From: a virus
DNA: 64,000 nucleotides
Direction: 5' to 3' (one strand)
Virus record (IMG/VR): IMGVR_UViG_3300033273_000513
Span: 23,836 to 87,835 of that record
Part shown: in pieces, positions 18,443 to 26,277 of the stretch
Numbering within the stretch: position 1 is the first letter of the stretch
Layout of the letters: each line of letters begins with the position of its first letter
Notes under the pieces: model-generated
What the model was told of the DNA's origin: nothing
Seen by the model: the letters and a program-made list of their open reading frames with translations, nothing else
Database searches by the model: none
Position numbers and translations under genes: made by a program

Positions 18443-19909
18443 ATGGCTTCAGAAATTAGAGTCAATAAAATAAACAGTCGCACTGGTGTGGGGACAATTA
18501 CACTGTCTCCCACTGGTGTAGATTTTACTGGTATTGCAACAGTTGCAACGTTAAAAGCAACTACAGGTATCGTTACAACACTGACAGCAACTACAGGTAT
18601 TGTCACGACATTAACAGTTGACACAACTAGAACCACCACTGGTATTGTTACGACACTGACAGCTGATACTTCTAGAATTACCACTGGTATTGTTACGACA
18701 CTGACAGCGGACACAGCTAAAGTTGGTGCTGCAGTTACCATCTCTGAATCAGGAATGGAGGTAACTGGTGTTACCACAGTCACAAGTTCTATTAACATTG
18801 GTTCAGCAACTACAATCAGTTCTAGTAGTCTTGAAGTAAATGGAGTTCAATATCCGACTGCTGGTGCGTTGAGTAATCGCAACCTGATTATCAATGGTGC
18901 GATGCAAGTGGCGCAGCGTGGAACGAGTCAGACTGGAGTTACTTCTACGACCTATGCCGGTCCAGATCGTTTTCAGCAAATACTTAGTTCGGCTGGAACT
19001 TGGACTATTAGCCAAAGTACAGAAGCGCCCGAAGGTTTTTCGACTTCGTTAAAACTAGACTGCACTACAGCCAAAGCCAGTTTGTCGGCCAGTAATTTGT
19101 ACCTTTTAGGACAAAAAATTGAAGGCTTTAATGTTCAACATTTAGATTACAATACTTCCAACGCAAAAACAACGACCCTTAGTTTTTGGGTCCGATCTAA
19201 CAAAACGGGGACGTATGTTCTCGAAGTCACCTCTAGCACCTCTACTCGCAAAATATCGCAAACTTATACTATTAACTCAGCCAATACCTGGGAAAAAAAG
19301 ACGCTTCAGATACCTGGAGATACGGGTGGCTCCCTTCCAAATACAAACGCTGCTGAGTTTAATGTGTATTGGTGGGTGGCCGCTGGCACTAATTACACAA
19401 GTGGAACGTTAAACACCAACTGGGGAACACCAGCAGACACTAATAGGGCAGTCGGTCAAACAGTAAATCTTGCCGACAGCACTAGCAATGATTTTTATCT
19501 AACTGGCGTCCAACTAGAAGTTGGCGAAAAGGCGACACCGTTTGAGCACAGAAATTATGGCGATGAGCTTGCTAGGTGTCAAAGATATTACTATCGAGTC
19601 AACTCCCAAACTTCCTACAATCCATACGGCTTTGGCTCGAATAGTACCACGAGTGCTGGTCAAGCGATTGTTCAACATCCAGTCGAAATGAGAGTGGTTC
19701 CAAGCTCTTTGGATTATTCTAATCTTGCTTCTACAGTTCTTGGTGTTAGTGACGTTTTAATTACGTCAGCTGCGCTTCTTGCCGTTGGAAACGGTAAACT
19801 TATGTCAACTATAAGTACTTCCTCAAGTGGTGCTTTTACAACAGGGTTTTTTACTTTAACGGCCAAACAAACAACTTCTTCATACATTGGCTTTAGTGCG
19901 GAGCTTTGA
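18443..19909 (+). CDS. Tail fibre protein with carbohydrate-binding-like domain
   Basis: TTGIVTTLT repeats; NRNLIINGAMQVAQRG and TGVQLEVG...TPFEHR...ELARCQRYY motifs common in phage fibres. Confidence 0.75.
   Translation: MASEIRVNKINSRTGVGTITLSPTGVDFTGIATVATLKATTGIVTTLTATTGIVTTLTVDTTRTTTGIVTTLTADTSRITTGIVTTLTADTAKVGAAVTISESGMEVTGVTTVTSSINIGSATTISSSSLEVNGVQYPTAGALSNRNLIINGAMQVAQRGTSQTGVTSTTYAGPDRFQQILSSAGTWTISQSTEAPEGFSTSLKLDCTTAKASLSASNLYLLGQKIEGFNVQHLDYNTSNAKTTTLSFWVRSNKTGTYVLEVTSSTSTRKISQTYTINSANTWEKKTLQIPGDTGGSLPNTNAAEFNVYWWVAAGTNYTSGTLNTNWGTPADTNRAVGQTVNLADSTSNDFYLTGVQLEVGEKATPFEHRNYGDELARCQRYYYRVNSQTSYNPYGFGSNSTTSAGQAIVQHPVEMRVVPSSLDYSNLASTVLGVSDVLITSAALLAVGNGKLMSTISTSSSGAFTTGFFTLTAKQTTSSYIGFSAEL
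18557..18720 (+). repeat. In-frame tandem repeats (30/45 nt) encoding TTGIVTTLT
   Basis: Four copies; accactggtattgttacgacactgacagc is identical at 18635 and 18680. Confidence 0.85.
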
Positions 19910-19911
19910 TC

Positions 19912-20079
19912 ATGTACCGAATTTTCACGACAATTTCCAACGGTGTTGAGCTGACCAGCATTATTAGGGACAACGGCAACAATCAGTACACTTCTTTCCC
20001 TGCGGACCCCGACAACCGCCACTACCAAGAATACCTTGAGTGGCTTGCTGAAGGTAACACACCTGATCCTGCTGAATAA
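19912..20079 (+). CDS. Small fibre-associated protein (not in ORF track)
   Basis: 55 aa MYRIFTT...FPADPDNRHYQEYLEWLAEGNTPDPAE; this motif typically follows fibre genes. Confidence 0.8.
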   Translation: MYRIFTTISNGVELTSIIRDNGNNQYTSFPADPDNRHYQEYLEWLAEGNTPDPAE

Positions 20080-20235
20080 CTACGAGAAATCTACTCTTAA
20101 TGTAATTTCTTTGCATCCATTCCTACGAATGTGATGTTCCCAGTTCAATGCATCACGTTCATCATAAAAGGTTGCTACTTGTTGTGAGTAGTAACCTTTT
20201 TTCTTTGGTTTCATGTAACTGACTTTGAACTTCAT
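20080..20235 (-). CDS. Small hypothetical protein on minus strand (not in ORF track)
   Basis: 51 aa MKFKVSYMKPKKKGYYSQQVATFYDERDAL...; has its own TTGACA-N17-TAGGAT promoter. Confidence 0.7.
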   Translation of the reverse strand: MKFKVSYMKPKKKGYYSQQVATFYDERDALNWEHHIRRNGCKEITLRVDFS

Positions 20236-20267
20236 AGAGCTGGTTTCTATCAACCGTAACAGAGTTG

Positions 20268-20330
20268 ATCCTACTCATGGAACAGAGTCCTGTCAAGCCC
20301 CTTGCCAAGAGTTGCCAGGGGTGATACCTT
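20268..20330. promoter_or_regulatory. Back-to-back sigma70-type promoters
   Basis: Minus strand: TTGACA-17-TAGGAT (20296-20268). Plus strand: TTGCCA-17-TACCTT with extended TG (20302-20330). Confidence 0.65.
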
Positions 20331-20350
20331 AGATGAAGTCGCGTTCCTTT

Positions 20351-20485
20351 ATGACAGCGAAAGAAAAACTAGTCTTCGTTTCATCTTTTGTTTGGTTTCT
20401 TCACTGGGGCACATGTCTTACATCACTCATGATGGATACGGTTATTCTAAAAAACTCTGCGAGGATGCTACCTCTTGGTTTTTGA
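20351..20485 (+). CDS. Small hydrophobic hypothetical protein overlapping next gene
   Basis: 44 aa MTAKEKLVFVSSFVWFLHWGT...; first in-frame ATG of this ORF downstream of the promoter. Confidence 0.5.
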   Translation: MTAKEKLVFVSSFVWFLHWGTCLTSLMMDTVILKNSARMLPLGF

Positions 20486-20826
20486 GAACGTATTTTCCAC
20501 GTCACAAGATTTCAGTCGAGATTGAACACAAGGGACTGAAACGTGAAAAGGTTGTAGGTTACTGTGATGTTGTGGGTGAATGTTATCGTCCCCGACACTT
20601 TCTGATCGAACTGCAAGCAAACATGGATCGAGAGTTGTATCTCATCACTCTATTTCATGAGTTGACACATGTTGCTCAGTGGATTCGTGGTGACTTGCGA
20701 CATCGTTATGGTAAGTTGTGTTATTCTCTAGAACCTGTGGAGAAGTATGAGTATGAGAATCAACCACACGAAGTTGAAGCTCACAAGATGGAAAGTGTAT
20801 TGTTTCGTGAATATGAACTACGGTGA
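20413..20826 (+). CDS. Putative zinc metallopeptidase (HExxH)
   Basis: TLFHELTHVAQ motif and downstream PHEVEA; start moved to ATG 20413. Confidence 0.7.
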   Translation: MSYITHDGYGYSKKLCEDATSWFLRTYFPRHKISVEIEHKGLKREKVVGYCDVVGECYRPRHFLIELQANMDRELYLITLFHELTHVAQWIRGDLRHRYGKLCYSLEPVEKYEYENQPHEVEAHKMESVLFREYELR

Positions 20827-20827
20827 G

Positions 20828-21076
20828 ATGAACCGATGGGATAGTATTTTAGATCCCAAACCTTGTACCAGACCTTATGTTACTAACAATGGAATGTGGG
20901 CTGCCATTCCTATCTCCAACTCCAAGAAGTTAGTCATCATACATAATGGACAACGCATCAAAGTTTCCAAAAACTACACGAGTGCAAGAAACTACATCGA
21001 CAAACAGGTGAAGAATGAAAAGAGTAGAAAGACATCGATACAAAGAAAAAAAAGTGTTCGAGACAAGAACTCTTGA
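20828..21076 (+). CDS. Hypothetical protein
   Basis: ORF track 20747..21076; likely start 20813 or 20828. Confidence 0.6.
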   Translation: MNRWDSILDPKPCTRPYVTNNGMWAAIPISNSKKLVIIHNGQRIKVSKNYTSARNYIDKQVKNEKSRKTSIQRKKSVRDKNS

Positions 21077-21515
21077 GTTTGAACCATATCCAATGTCAGA
21101 GATTGACACGGTGATGAAACTTATCCGTGACAATCTCTCACCTGATTTGTTGGGTGGTCGTAAATCTTTGATGTATCCTAAAGACACACTCACCAACAAA
21201 TACTACGGTCATTGTTATCATTCATCACAAGCTTTGTTTTACTTGATGGACACTGATTGTTTAGTGCCTATGTCGGGTGAAGATTATCGTGGTGAGAAAC
21301 ACTGGTGGTTGCAAGATAATGAGACTGTATATGATTGTACAGGTGAACAATACTGGTCAGTAAATCAGAATCCTCCTTATGATGTGGGAAAGAAAACTGC
21401 ATGGTATGGCTGGAAAGGTAGACCACAACAAGTTTCATTAAATCTAATGATTCGTGTTCTGGGTGACAGATTGAAATCTGACACAGTTGCCAAACCAAAC
21501 GAGATGTGTGTATAA
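21015..21515 (+). CDS. Hypothetical protein
   Basis: 166-aa ORF with GHCYH and HWWL motifs. Confidence 0.7.
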   Translation: MKRVERHRYKEKKVFETRTLEFEPYPMSEIDTVMKLIRDNLSPDLLGGRKSLMYPKDTLTNKYYGHCYHSSQALFYLMDTDCLVPMSGEDYRGEKHWWLQDNETVYDCTGEQYWSVNQNPPYDVGKKTAWYGWKGRPQQVSLNLMIRVLGDRLKSDTVAKPNEMCV

Positions 21516-21544
21516 TGTGAGAGTTCTAAGGTTGCTGAACAATC

Positions 21545-22468
21545 ATGCATAATACAAACGATGTTCATGTGGACATTCTTGGATTCAATCCAATCACGGA
21601 TGAAATCCGAGTTTTCAGACATAATGTGACTCCAGATATGGCACGTCACATCCTTAATCATCTGAACAAAGACAACCGTAAGATGATTAAGTCTCAAGTC
21701 AACAAGATTGCTAAGAGCATTCGTGTTGACGGTTGGATGGAAGATGGCCAACCTCTTACCTTTAACAAAGAAGGTAACATCACCGAGGCACAACACCGTC
21801 TCGAAGCTATCATCATGGAAGATGTAACGGTTCCCATGGTGATTGTTCTTGGAGTTGACACTGGATGTTTCACAAAGTGTGCTCCTGCTAAACCACGTCG
21901 TGCCGAAGACGAGATTCAACGTAAAGATAAGAGTGCTACTCCTAGTGAAGTGAGCACCCTTCGTCAACTTCTTGTCCGTCGTCAAGGTGTCAAACTGAAT
22001 ATTCAGAATGCCATCGAACAGTGGAATCACTGGCGTTTGACTATTCGTGAGGGTCGTAAGTTGGTCGATGATTTCTTCGACAACGTTGATGATTACAACC
22101 CCTGGGAACGCACTTTTGCTGCCTGGGCTTCCCTGATGGTATCTGTAGGTCAGGAAGATATTGCTGAGACTTTTATGTCACTCCTTCAATCTGAAGTATT
22201 GGATGATGAAAGTGCCTGTCGTCTCACTAAAGACTTCCGTGAGTTCTTTGAGAAGCATTCTACTTACATGAGTAATGCTGGTCGCACTGAGTTTGTTTAC
22301 AAACTTCTCTGTTTATGTGCAGACCGTCTGATGAAGAAACCTAACGGAGATATTGAGTTAGATCTCACACTGGATAAACTGGACCATGATAAACTCAGCA
22401 AACGTGGGTTTTATCGTAAGTTCCTAGAGAATCCAGACAACCTCACCGAAGCGACACTGACAATCTAA
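21545..22468 (+). CDS. ParB/Srx-like N-terminal domain protein
   Basis: VTPDMA...NR...W..DGQPLTF...EAQHRLEAI resembles the DGQHR(L) motif; promoter TTGCCA-18-TATAAT at 21487-21516. Confidence 0.6.
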   Translation: MHNTNDVHVDILGFNPITDEIRVFRHNVTPDMARHILNHLNKDNRKMIKSQVNKIAKSIRVDGWMEDGQPLTFNKEGNITEAQHRLEAIIMEDVTVPMVIVLGVDTGCFTKCAPAKPRRAEDEIQRKDKSATPSEVSTLRQLLVRRQGVKLNIQNAIEQWNHWRLTIREGRKLVDDFFDNVDDYNPWERTFAAWASLMVSVGQEDIAETFMSLLQSEVLDDESACRLTKDFREFFEKHSTYMSNAGRTEFVYKLLCLCADRLMKKPNGDIELDLTLDKLDHDKLSKRGFYRKFLENPDNLTEATLTI

Positions 22469-22478
22469 TAACTGTCAC

Positions 22479-22505
22479 AGGGGCTCGCCACGGGGGCCCT
22501 TTTTT
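22479..22505 (+). terminator. Rho-independent terminator-like hairpin inside promoter cassette
   Basis: aggggctc-gccacg-ggggccct followed by a T-run just after the stop at 22468. Confidence 0.55.
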
Positions 22506-22547
22506 GTGCCATAATACCATTCACGGGGCAGTCTATGCAGGGGTGTA

Positions 22548-22581
22548 TTGACGTAAGTCCCCGATTATGGTATAATAAATA
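22548..22581 (+). promoter_or_regulatory. Near-consensus sigma70 promoter overlapping late promoter
   Basis: TTGACG-17-TATAAT (22548-22576) with extended TG; ATAAATA 22575-22581. Confidence 0.8.
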
Positions 22582-22603
22582 GTAATACCCCTGCAATCTT
22601 ATA

Positions 22604-23122
22604 ATGGATTACTATATCTACGCATATCTTAGAGAAGACGGAACGCCTTACTATATTGGTAAAGGTAAGAACAACAGATTGCACGAATATCACACTAAGT
22701 ATGTTAAACTACCGCCTAGAGACAGAAGAATTGTCTTGAAGCAATTTGACACAGAACAAGAAGCATATAATCACGAGATTTATATGATTGATATACTTGG
22801 GCGCAAAGATATTGGCACAGGTATTTTAATCGATAGAACGCCTGGGGGAGACAACCCGCCTAAAAATAATGTAGCAGGTTGGAATAAAGGTCTTAAAATG
22901 AATTTTGGGCCAGAGAGAGGTAAGAAGATATCGAAGGCACTAAAAGGCAAACCAAAGAGTAAAGAACACTGCGCCGCTGTGAGTGAAGCAATGAAGGGTA
23001 AAACTCCCTGGAATAAGGGTAAGTCAAGGTTTAAGAGTGAAGAAGATAGGATACAACAGAAGAGAGAATATAATAGATTAAGAGCTAAAAGAATTAGAGA
23101 CAGTCGCAGAGACAGTCGCTGA
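22604..23122 (+). mobile_element. Free-standing GIY-YIG homing endonuclease with NUMOD3-like repeats
   Basis: YYIY...YYIGKG...R...E motif; KISKALKGKPKSKEH and PWNKG DNA-binding motifs; purine/A-rich codon usage unlike neighbours. Confidence 0.8.
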
Positions 23123-23191
23123 ACTGGCCCCTACCTATTGACCTAGGTGGGGTCTTATCATATTATGGCCATATTGAAGGACGAACGCCAC

Positions 23192-24370
23192 TTGACTATC
23201 ACTCTGCGCCCGCACCAAGAACGTATCCTGAAGCGTATGCAACAGTATACCAAAGGCCAGCTGCTAGTCCCTACTGGCGGCGGTAAAACTTTGACTATGA
23301 TTCTTGACACCCAACGGCGTCACGATTCTATCACTAATGGCACTACCACTGTTGTTGTCGCCCCAAGAATTCTTTTGAGCGAACAGCTTTGCAACGAATT
23401 TTTAGAAGTTATCGACACTTCTAACACGCATATTATGCACTGCCACTCGGGGGAAACTCACCACTACAGCAGCACCAAAGCAGACAAGATTCACCTGTTT
23501 GCTAACACTGCCCGCACGGCTGGTGAGAATGTTATCATCTTCACCTCTTACAACTCTCTTCAGCGTATTGTTGACGCAGATATTGAGGTCAACACGATCT
23601 ACTTTGACGAGGCACATAACAGTGTGAAGAAGAACTTCTTCCCTGCCACTGAGTTCTTCGCAGAGAAAGCAGATCGATGCTACTTCTACACTGCAACCCC
23701 TAAACATTCCCTCACGCCTAAAAAACCAGGCATGAATTGGTCTGTTTATGGTCAGGTCATTTGTAATGTTCCTGCAACCAAACTTGTTGACGAGGGTTAC
23801 ATTCTTCCTCCTAAAGTTGTCATCAAGGAGTTGCCTTCTGGTGATGCGAAACAGTCTGATTGCAAGAATCTGTTGGACACCATTGATGACAACTCTCTCA
23901 ACAAAATCCTGATTGCTGCACGTTCTACGAAACAGATCATCAATCTGATTCAGGAGTCTTTGTTCTGTGCAGAGTTGACCGAACGTGGTTATTCTTGGAT
24001 GGTGATTACATCCAAGACTGGTGCAATCATCAACGGTCATGAAGTCACCCGTGAACAGTTCTTCAACACTTTGAATGCTTGGGGACGTGATTCTTCTAAG
24101 AAGTTTGTGGTTATTCACCATTCTATTCTGTCTGAAGGTATGAACGTCAAGGGACTGGAAGCTGTGTTGTTCATGCGTAACATGGACTACATTGGCATCA
24201 GTCAGTCAATCGGTCGTGTGATCCGTCTGGGCGACCGCCAGAAGACGTTTGGGCTTGTCTGTGTCCCTGTTTATGATAAAGTGGGTATTGGCACTGCCAG
24301 GAGTGTCCAGGCAGTCGTTGATACCGTGTTCAACCAAGGTCAACCCGCAATCTCCACTGTTCGTCGATGA
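23192..24370 (+). CDS. Superfamily 2 DEAH-box helicase (ResIII-like)
   Basis: LRPHQ, PTGGGKT, DEAH, TAT, LSEG, QSIGRVIR motifs. Start taken at TTG 23192, downstream of TTGACC-17-TATTAT. Confidence 0.85.
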   Translation: MTITLRPHQERILKRMQQYTKGQLLVPTGGGKTLTMILDTQRRHDSITNGTTTVVVAPRILLSEQLCNEFLEVIDTSNTHIMHCHSGETHHYSSTKADKIHLFANTARTAGENVIIFTSYNSLQRIVDADIEVNTIYFDEAHNSVKKNFFPATEFFAEKADRCYFYTATPKHSLTPKKPGMNWSVYGQVICNVPATKLVDEGYILPPKVVIKELPSGDAKQSDCKNLLDTIDDNSLNKILIAARSTKQIINLIQESLFCAELTERGYSWMVITSKTGAIINGHEVTREQFFNTLNAWGRDSSKKFVVIHHSILSEGMNVKGLEAVLFMRNMDYIGISQSIGRVIRLGDRQKTFGLVCVPVYDKVGIGTARSVQAVVDTVFNQGQPAISTVRR

Positions 24371-24398
24371 CATTAAATAGTATCAGTTGCTTTATCTC

Positions 24399-24596
24399 AT
24401 GAAAGATCAAAACACCATTCCTGACGGCGAAACTAAGAAGGATAAATGGAATCGAGGACTTGACATCTTCATTGAATCTGTCATCGAACCAGATCCTGCA
24501 CTGAGAACGTGTGCTCACAATCAAAAGTGTTATCATGAGCTTATGGATATTCGACAAGATGTTCTTGAATATCTTAAGACTAAGAGGTGGCACTAA
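24399..24596 (+). CDS. Hypothetical protein
   Basis: Small ORF, coupled to the next by TAATG. Confidence 0.7.
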   Translation: MKDQNTIPDGETKKDKWNRGLDIFIESVIEPDPALRTCAHNQKCYHELMDIRQDVLEYLKTKRWH

Positions 24597-24775
24597 TGTA
24601 TAAAGAACTAAATTGTTTTGAGGAGGCATTGAAACACTTCGGCACCCGTGTTGAAGTTATCACTGCTATGGAAATGTCAAGGAGAATCTCTCCTGAAGAC
24701 GCATATCAAATGATTAAAGAAGAACTTAAAGAGGTCAAAAAGTGTCGCAAGGAGTTCAAAAATGATAGATGTTAA
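24596..24775 (+). CDS. Hypothetical protein
   Basis: MYKELNCFEEALKHFGTRVE...; translationally coupled. Confidence 0.7.
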   Translation: MYKELNCFEEALKHFGTRVEVITAMEMSRRISPEDAYQMIKEELKEVKKCRKEFKNDRC

Positions 24776-24971
24776 TGAGATCGAGTGCTACATTGATGAG
24801 ACCAAAGTTGATCGAGAAGAGTGTATAAGAGATGTGACAGACTCTCCCAAAGATTGGGAAGACTTCTGGTATAATCCAGAAGCACAAGGCACATGGGGAT
24901 CTGATACTTTCGAGGAAGTATGGGAAACCATGGACAAAATTGAACCACTCACACCCCCAACAAACAAATGA
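24762..24971 (+). CDS. Acidic hypothetical protein
   Basis: AGGAG RBS; overlaps neighbours. Confidence 0.65.
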   Translation: MIDVNEIECYIDETKVDREECIRDVTDSPKDWEDFWYNPEAQGTWGSDTFEEVWETMDKIEPLTPPTNK

Positions 24972-25186
24972 GTTTCGACCGCAAAAAACAGCTCTCTGAT
25001 AGAGAAATTGAGTCGATGAAGATTGCTGTCAATGAGACAGACATCAAAGCAATTCATCCTGACAAAATGGAAGACTTTGCAGAATATATGGTGCAAAGTT
25101 TGAGGAATGCTGAAATTGTGGACGATTATGCTAACAAACTCATGGATCCTCTCACACAGAGACGCGGCGGGAAACTGAGTGACTGA
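24968..25186 (+). CDS. Hypothetical protein
   Basis: ATGA overlap with the previous ORF. Confidence 0.65.
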   Translation: MSFDRKKQLSDREIESMKIAVNETDIKAIHPDKMEDFAEYMVQSLRNAEIVDDYANKLMDPLTQRRGGKLSD

Positions 25187-25205
25187 CCAGTTCGATTAGT
25201 GTCAC

Positions 25206-25230
25206 ACGGGGTCGCACTGACCCCGTTTTT
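25206..25230 (+). terminator. Terminator hairpin embedded in early promoter cassette
   Basis: acggggtc-gcact-gaccccgt-tttt, immediately followed by TG-TATATT. Confidence 0.7.
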
Positions 25231-25246
25231 CGTGTATATTAGATGA

Positions 25247-25372
25247 GTGGAGGGGAACAGGACACCCGATCATCACTCCTAGCGAGTCAGTTGGCAACTC
25301 TACTGCTGATGATAAACTCCACAGCACACGAGAGGTAAATCAAATGTGTTCTCATCCGCAGAACCGCCTCTC
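25247..25372 (+). ncRNA. Candidate structured 5' leader RNA
   Basis: Nested stems gtggag/ctccac, atcatca/tgatgat, gagagg/cctctc and gttct/agaac in an unusually long leader. Confidence 0.4.
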
Positions 25373-25389
25373 ACACATTTTCTCTCATC

Positions 25390-25803
25390 ATGGCAACTCG
25401 TTCACGCATCGGCATCGAACTTCAAAATGGATCTATTCTCTCTGTTTATCATCACTGGGATGGTTATCCTTCTTGGTTGGGTCGGATTCTTGAAACGCAC
25501 TACAATACAAAGGAGAAAGTTTCCGAACTGATTGATGGCGGTGACATGTCATCCTGCTGGAGTGATACTGTCTGGGGCAAAGATCGCACCGATGGTCAGA
25601 AATATGGCCCTGAGTATTACTCTGAACGCGGTGAAGATTGTCCTCCTCGTCTTGATGAAGACATGGAAGAGTTCTTTTCTGATAATGAAGAATACTCTTA
25701 CATCTTCCATGATGGTAACTGGTTTGCTTATGACATGCACCAGTGGGAAGCTAATGTAGCACCTGAACCTGTAGAGATTCCCTCTGGAGAACTTGTCTGC
25801 TGA
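25390..25803 (+). CDS. Conserved-type phage early hypothetical protein
   Basis: MATRSRIG...YHHWDGYP motif. Confidence 0.8.
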   Translation: MATRSRIGIELQNGSILSVYHHWDGYPSWLGRILETHYNTKEKVSELIDGGDMSSCWSDTVWGKDRTDGQKYGPEYYSERGEDCPPRLDEDMEEFFSDNEEYSYIFHDGNWFAYDMHQWEANVAPEPVEIPSGELVC

Positions 25804-26093
25804 TGAATTTACCTGAAGATTTTCCACATCAACCACCTGAGAATTACACCTATGAGGTTACTCAATTCAAACGCAACACTCTTGCTATTTGGTGTTGCAA
25901 TCATTCTCAATTCAATTACAACGGTGGTGATGTTGCAAAAACTATCTGGGGATTCTATGACACCAAGAAACGACAATACCACGCACCAATCAACAGTAAA
26001 AAGGTAGGTGCTGTGGTTGACATCTCATCGACAAGATCCTATACTGCTATGGCCATCAATCTCAGTCCTTTGGAGCGTGCTTTCTATGATTGA
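25803..26093 (+). CDS. Hypothetical protein
   Basis: TGATG coupling; 96 aa. Confidence 0.75.
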   Translation: MNLPEDFPHQPPENYTYEVTQFKRNTLAIWCCNHSQFNYNGGDVAKTIWGFYDTKKRQYHAPINSKKVGAVVDISSTRSYTAMAINLSPLERAFYD

Positions 26094-26277
26094 TAAAACT
26101 GAGATGCACTATCAGTGTATTGAACATGTTGAGAACTTCTATATGGAACGTATGGAAGAACTTGTAGACAAAGAACAATTTGATGATTCGCACGCTCTTT
26201 GGGAAGAGTTTGTGGTCGATACTGAAGAACCTGATGAATGGATCTTCGTTGAATATATTTCCGAAACTCTAAAATGA
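26086..26277 (+). CDS. Acidic hypothetical protein
   Basis: GGAG RBS before ATG 26086. Confidence 0.65.
   Translation: MIDKTEMHYQCIEHVENFYMERMEELVDKEQFDDSHALWEEFVVDTEEPDEWIFVEYISETLK

Noticed and set aside
165-19909. Diversity-generating retroelement or invertase shufflon acting on fibre genes
   Set aside because: No reverse transcriptase or recombinase ORF, no template/variable repeat pair differing only at adenines, and all modules are in direct orientation.
20302-20412. N-terminal extension of the HExxH peptidase ORF from TTG 20302
   Set aside because: The TTG is the -35 box of the promoter; ATG 20413 is more plausible.
23147-23191. Helicase start at GTG 23147
   Set aside because: It lies within the promoter spacer/hairpin, upstream of the -10 box at 23161.
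25247-26274. wcaG RNA motif upstream of the epimerase/dehydratase
   Set aside because: The gene is translationally coupled with no leader. I do not see the repeated UGGYG elements I recall for that motif in the upstream structured region. An Rfam search would settle it.
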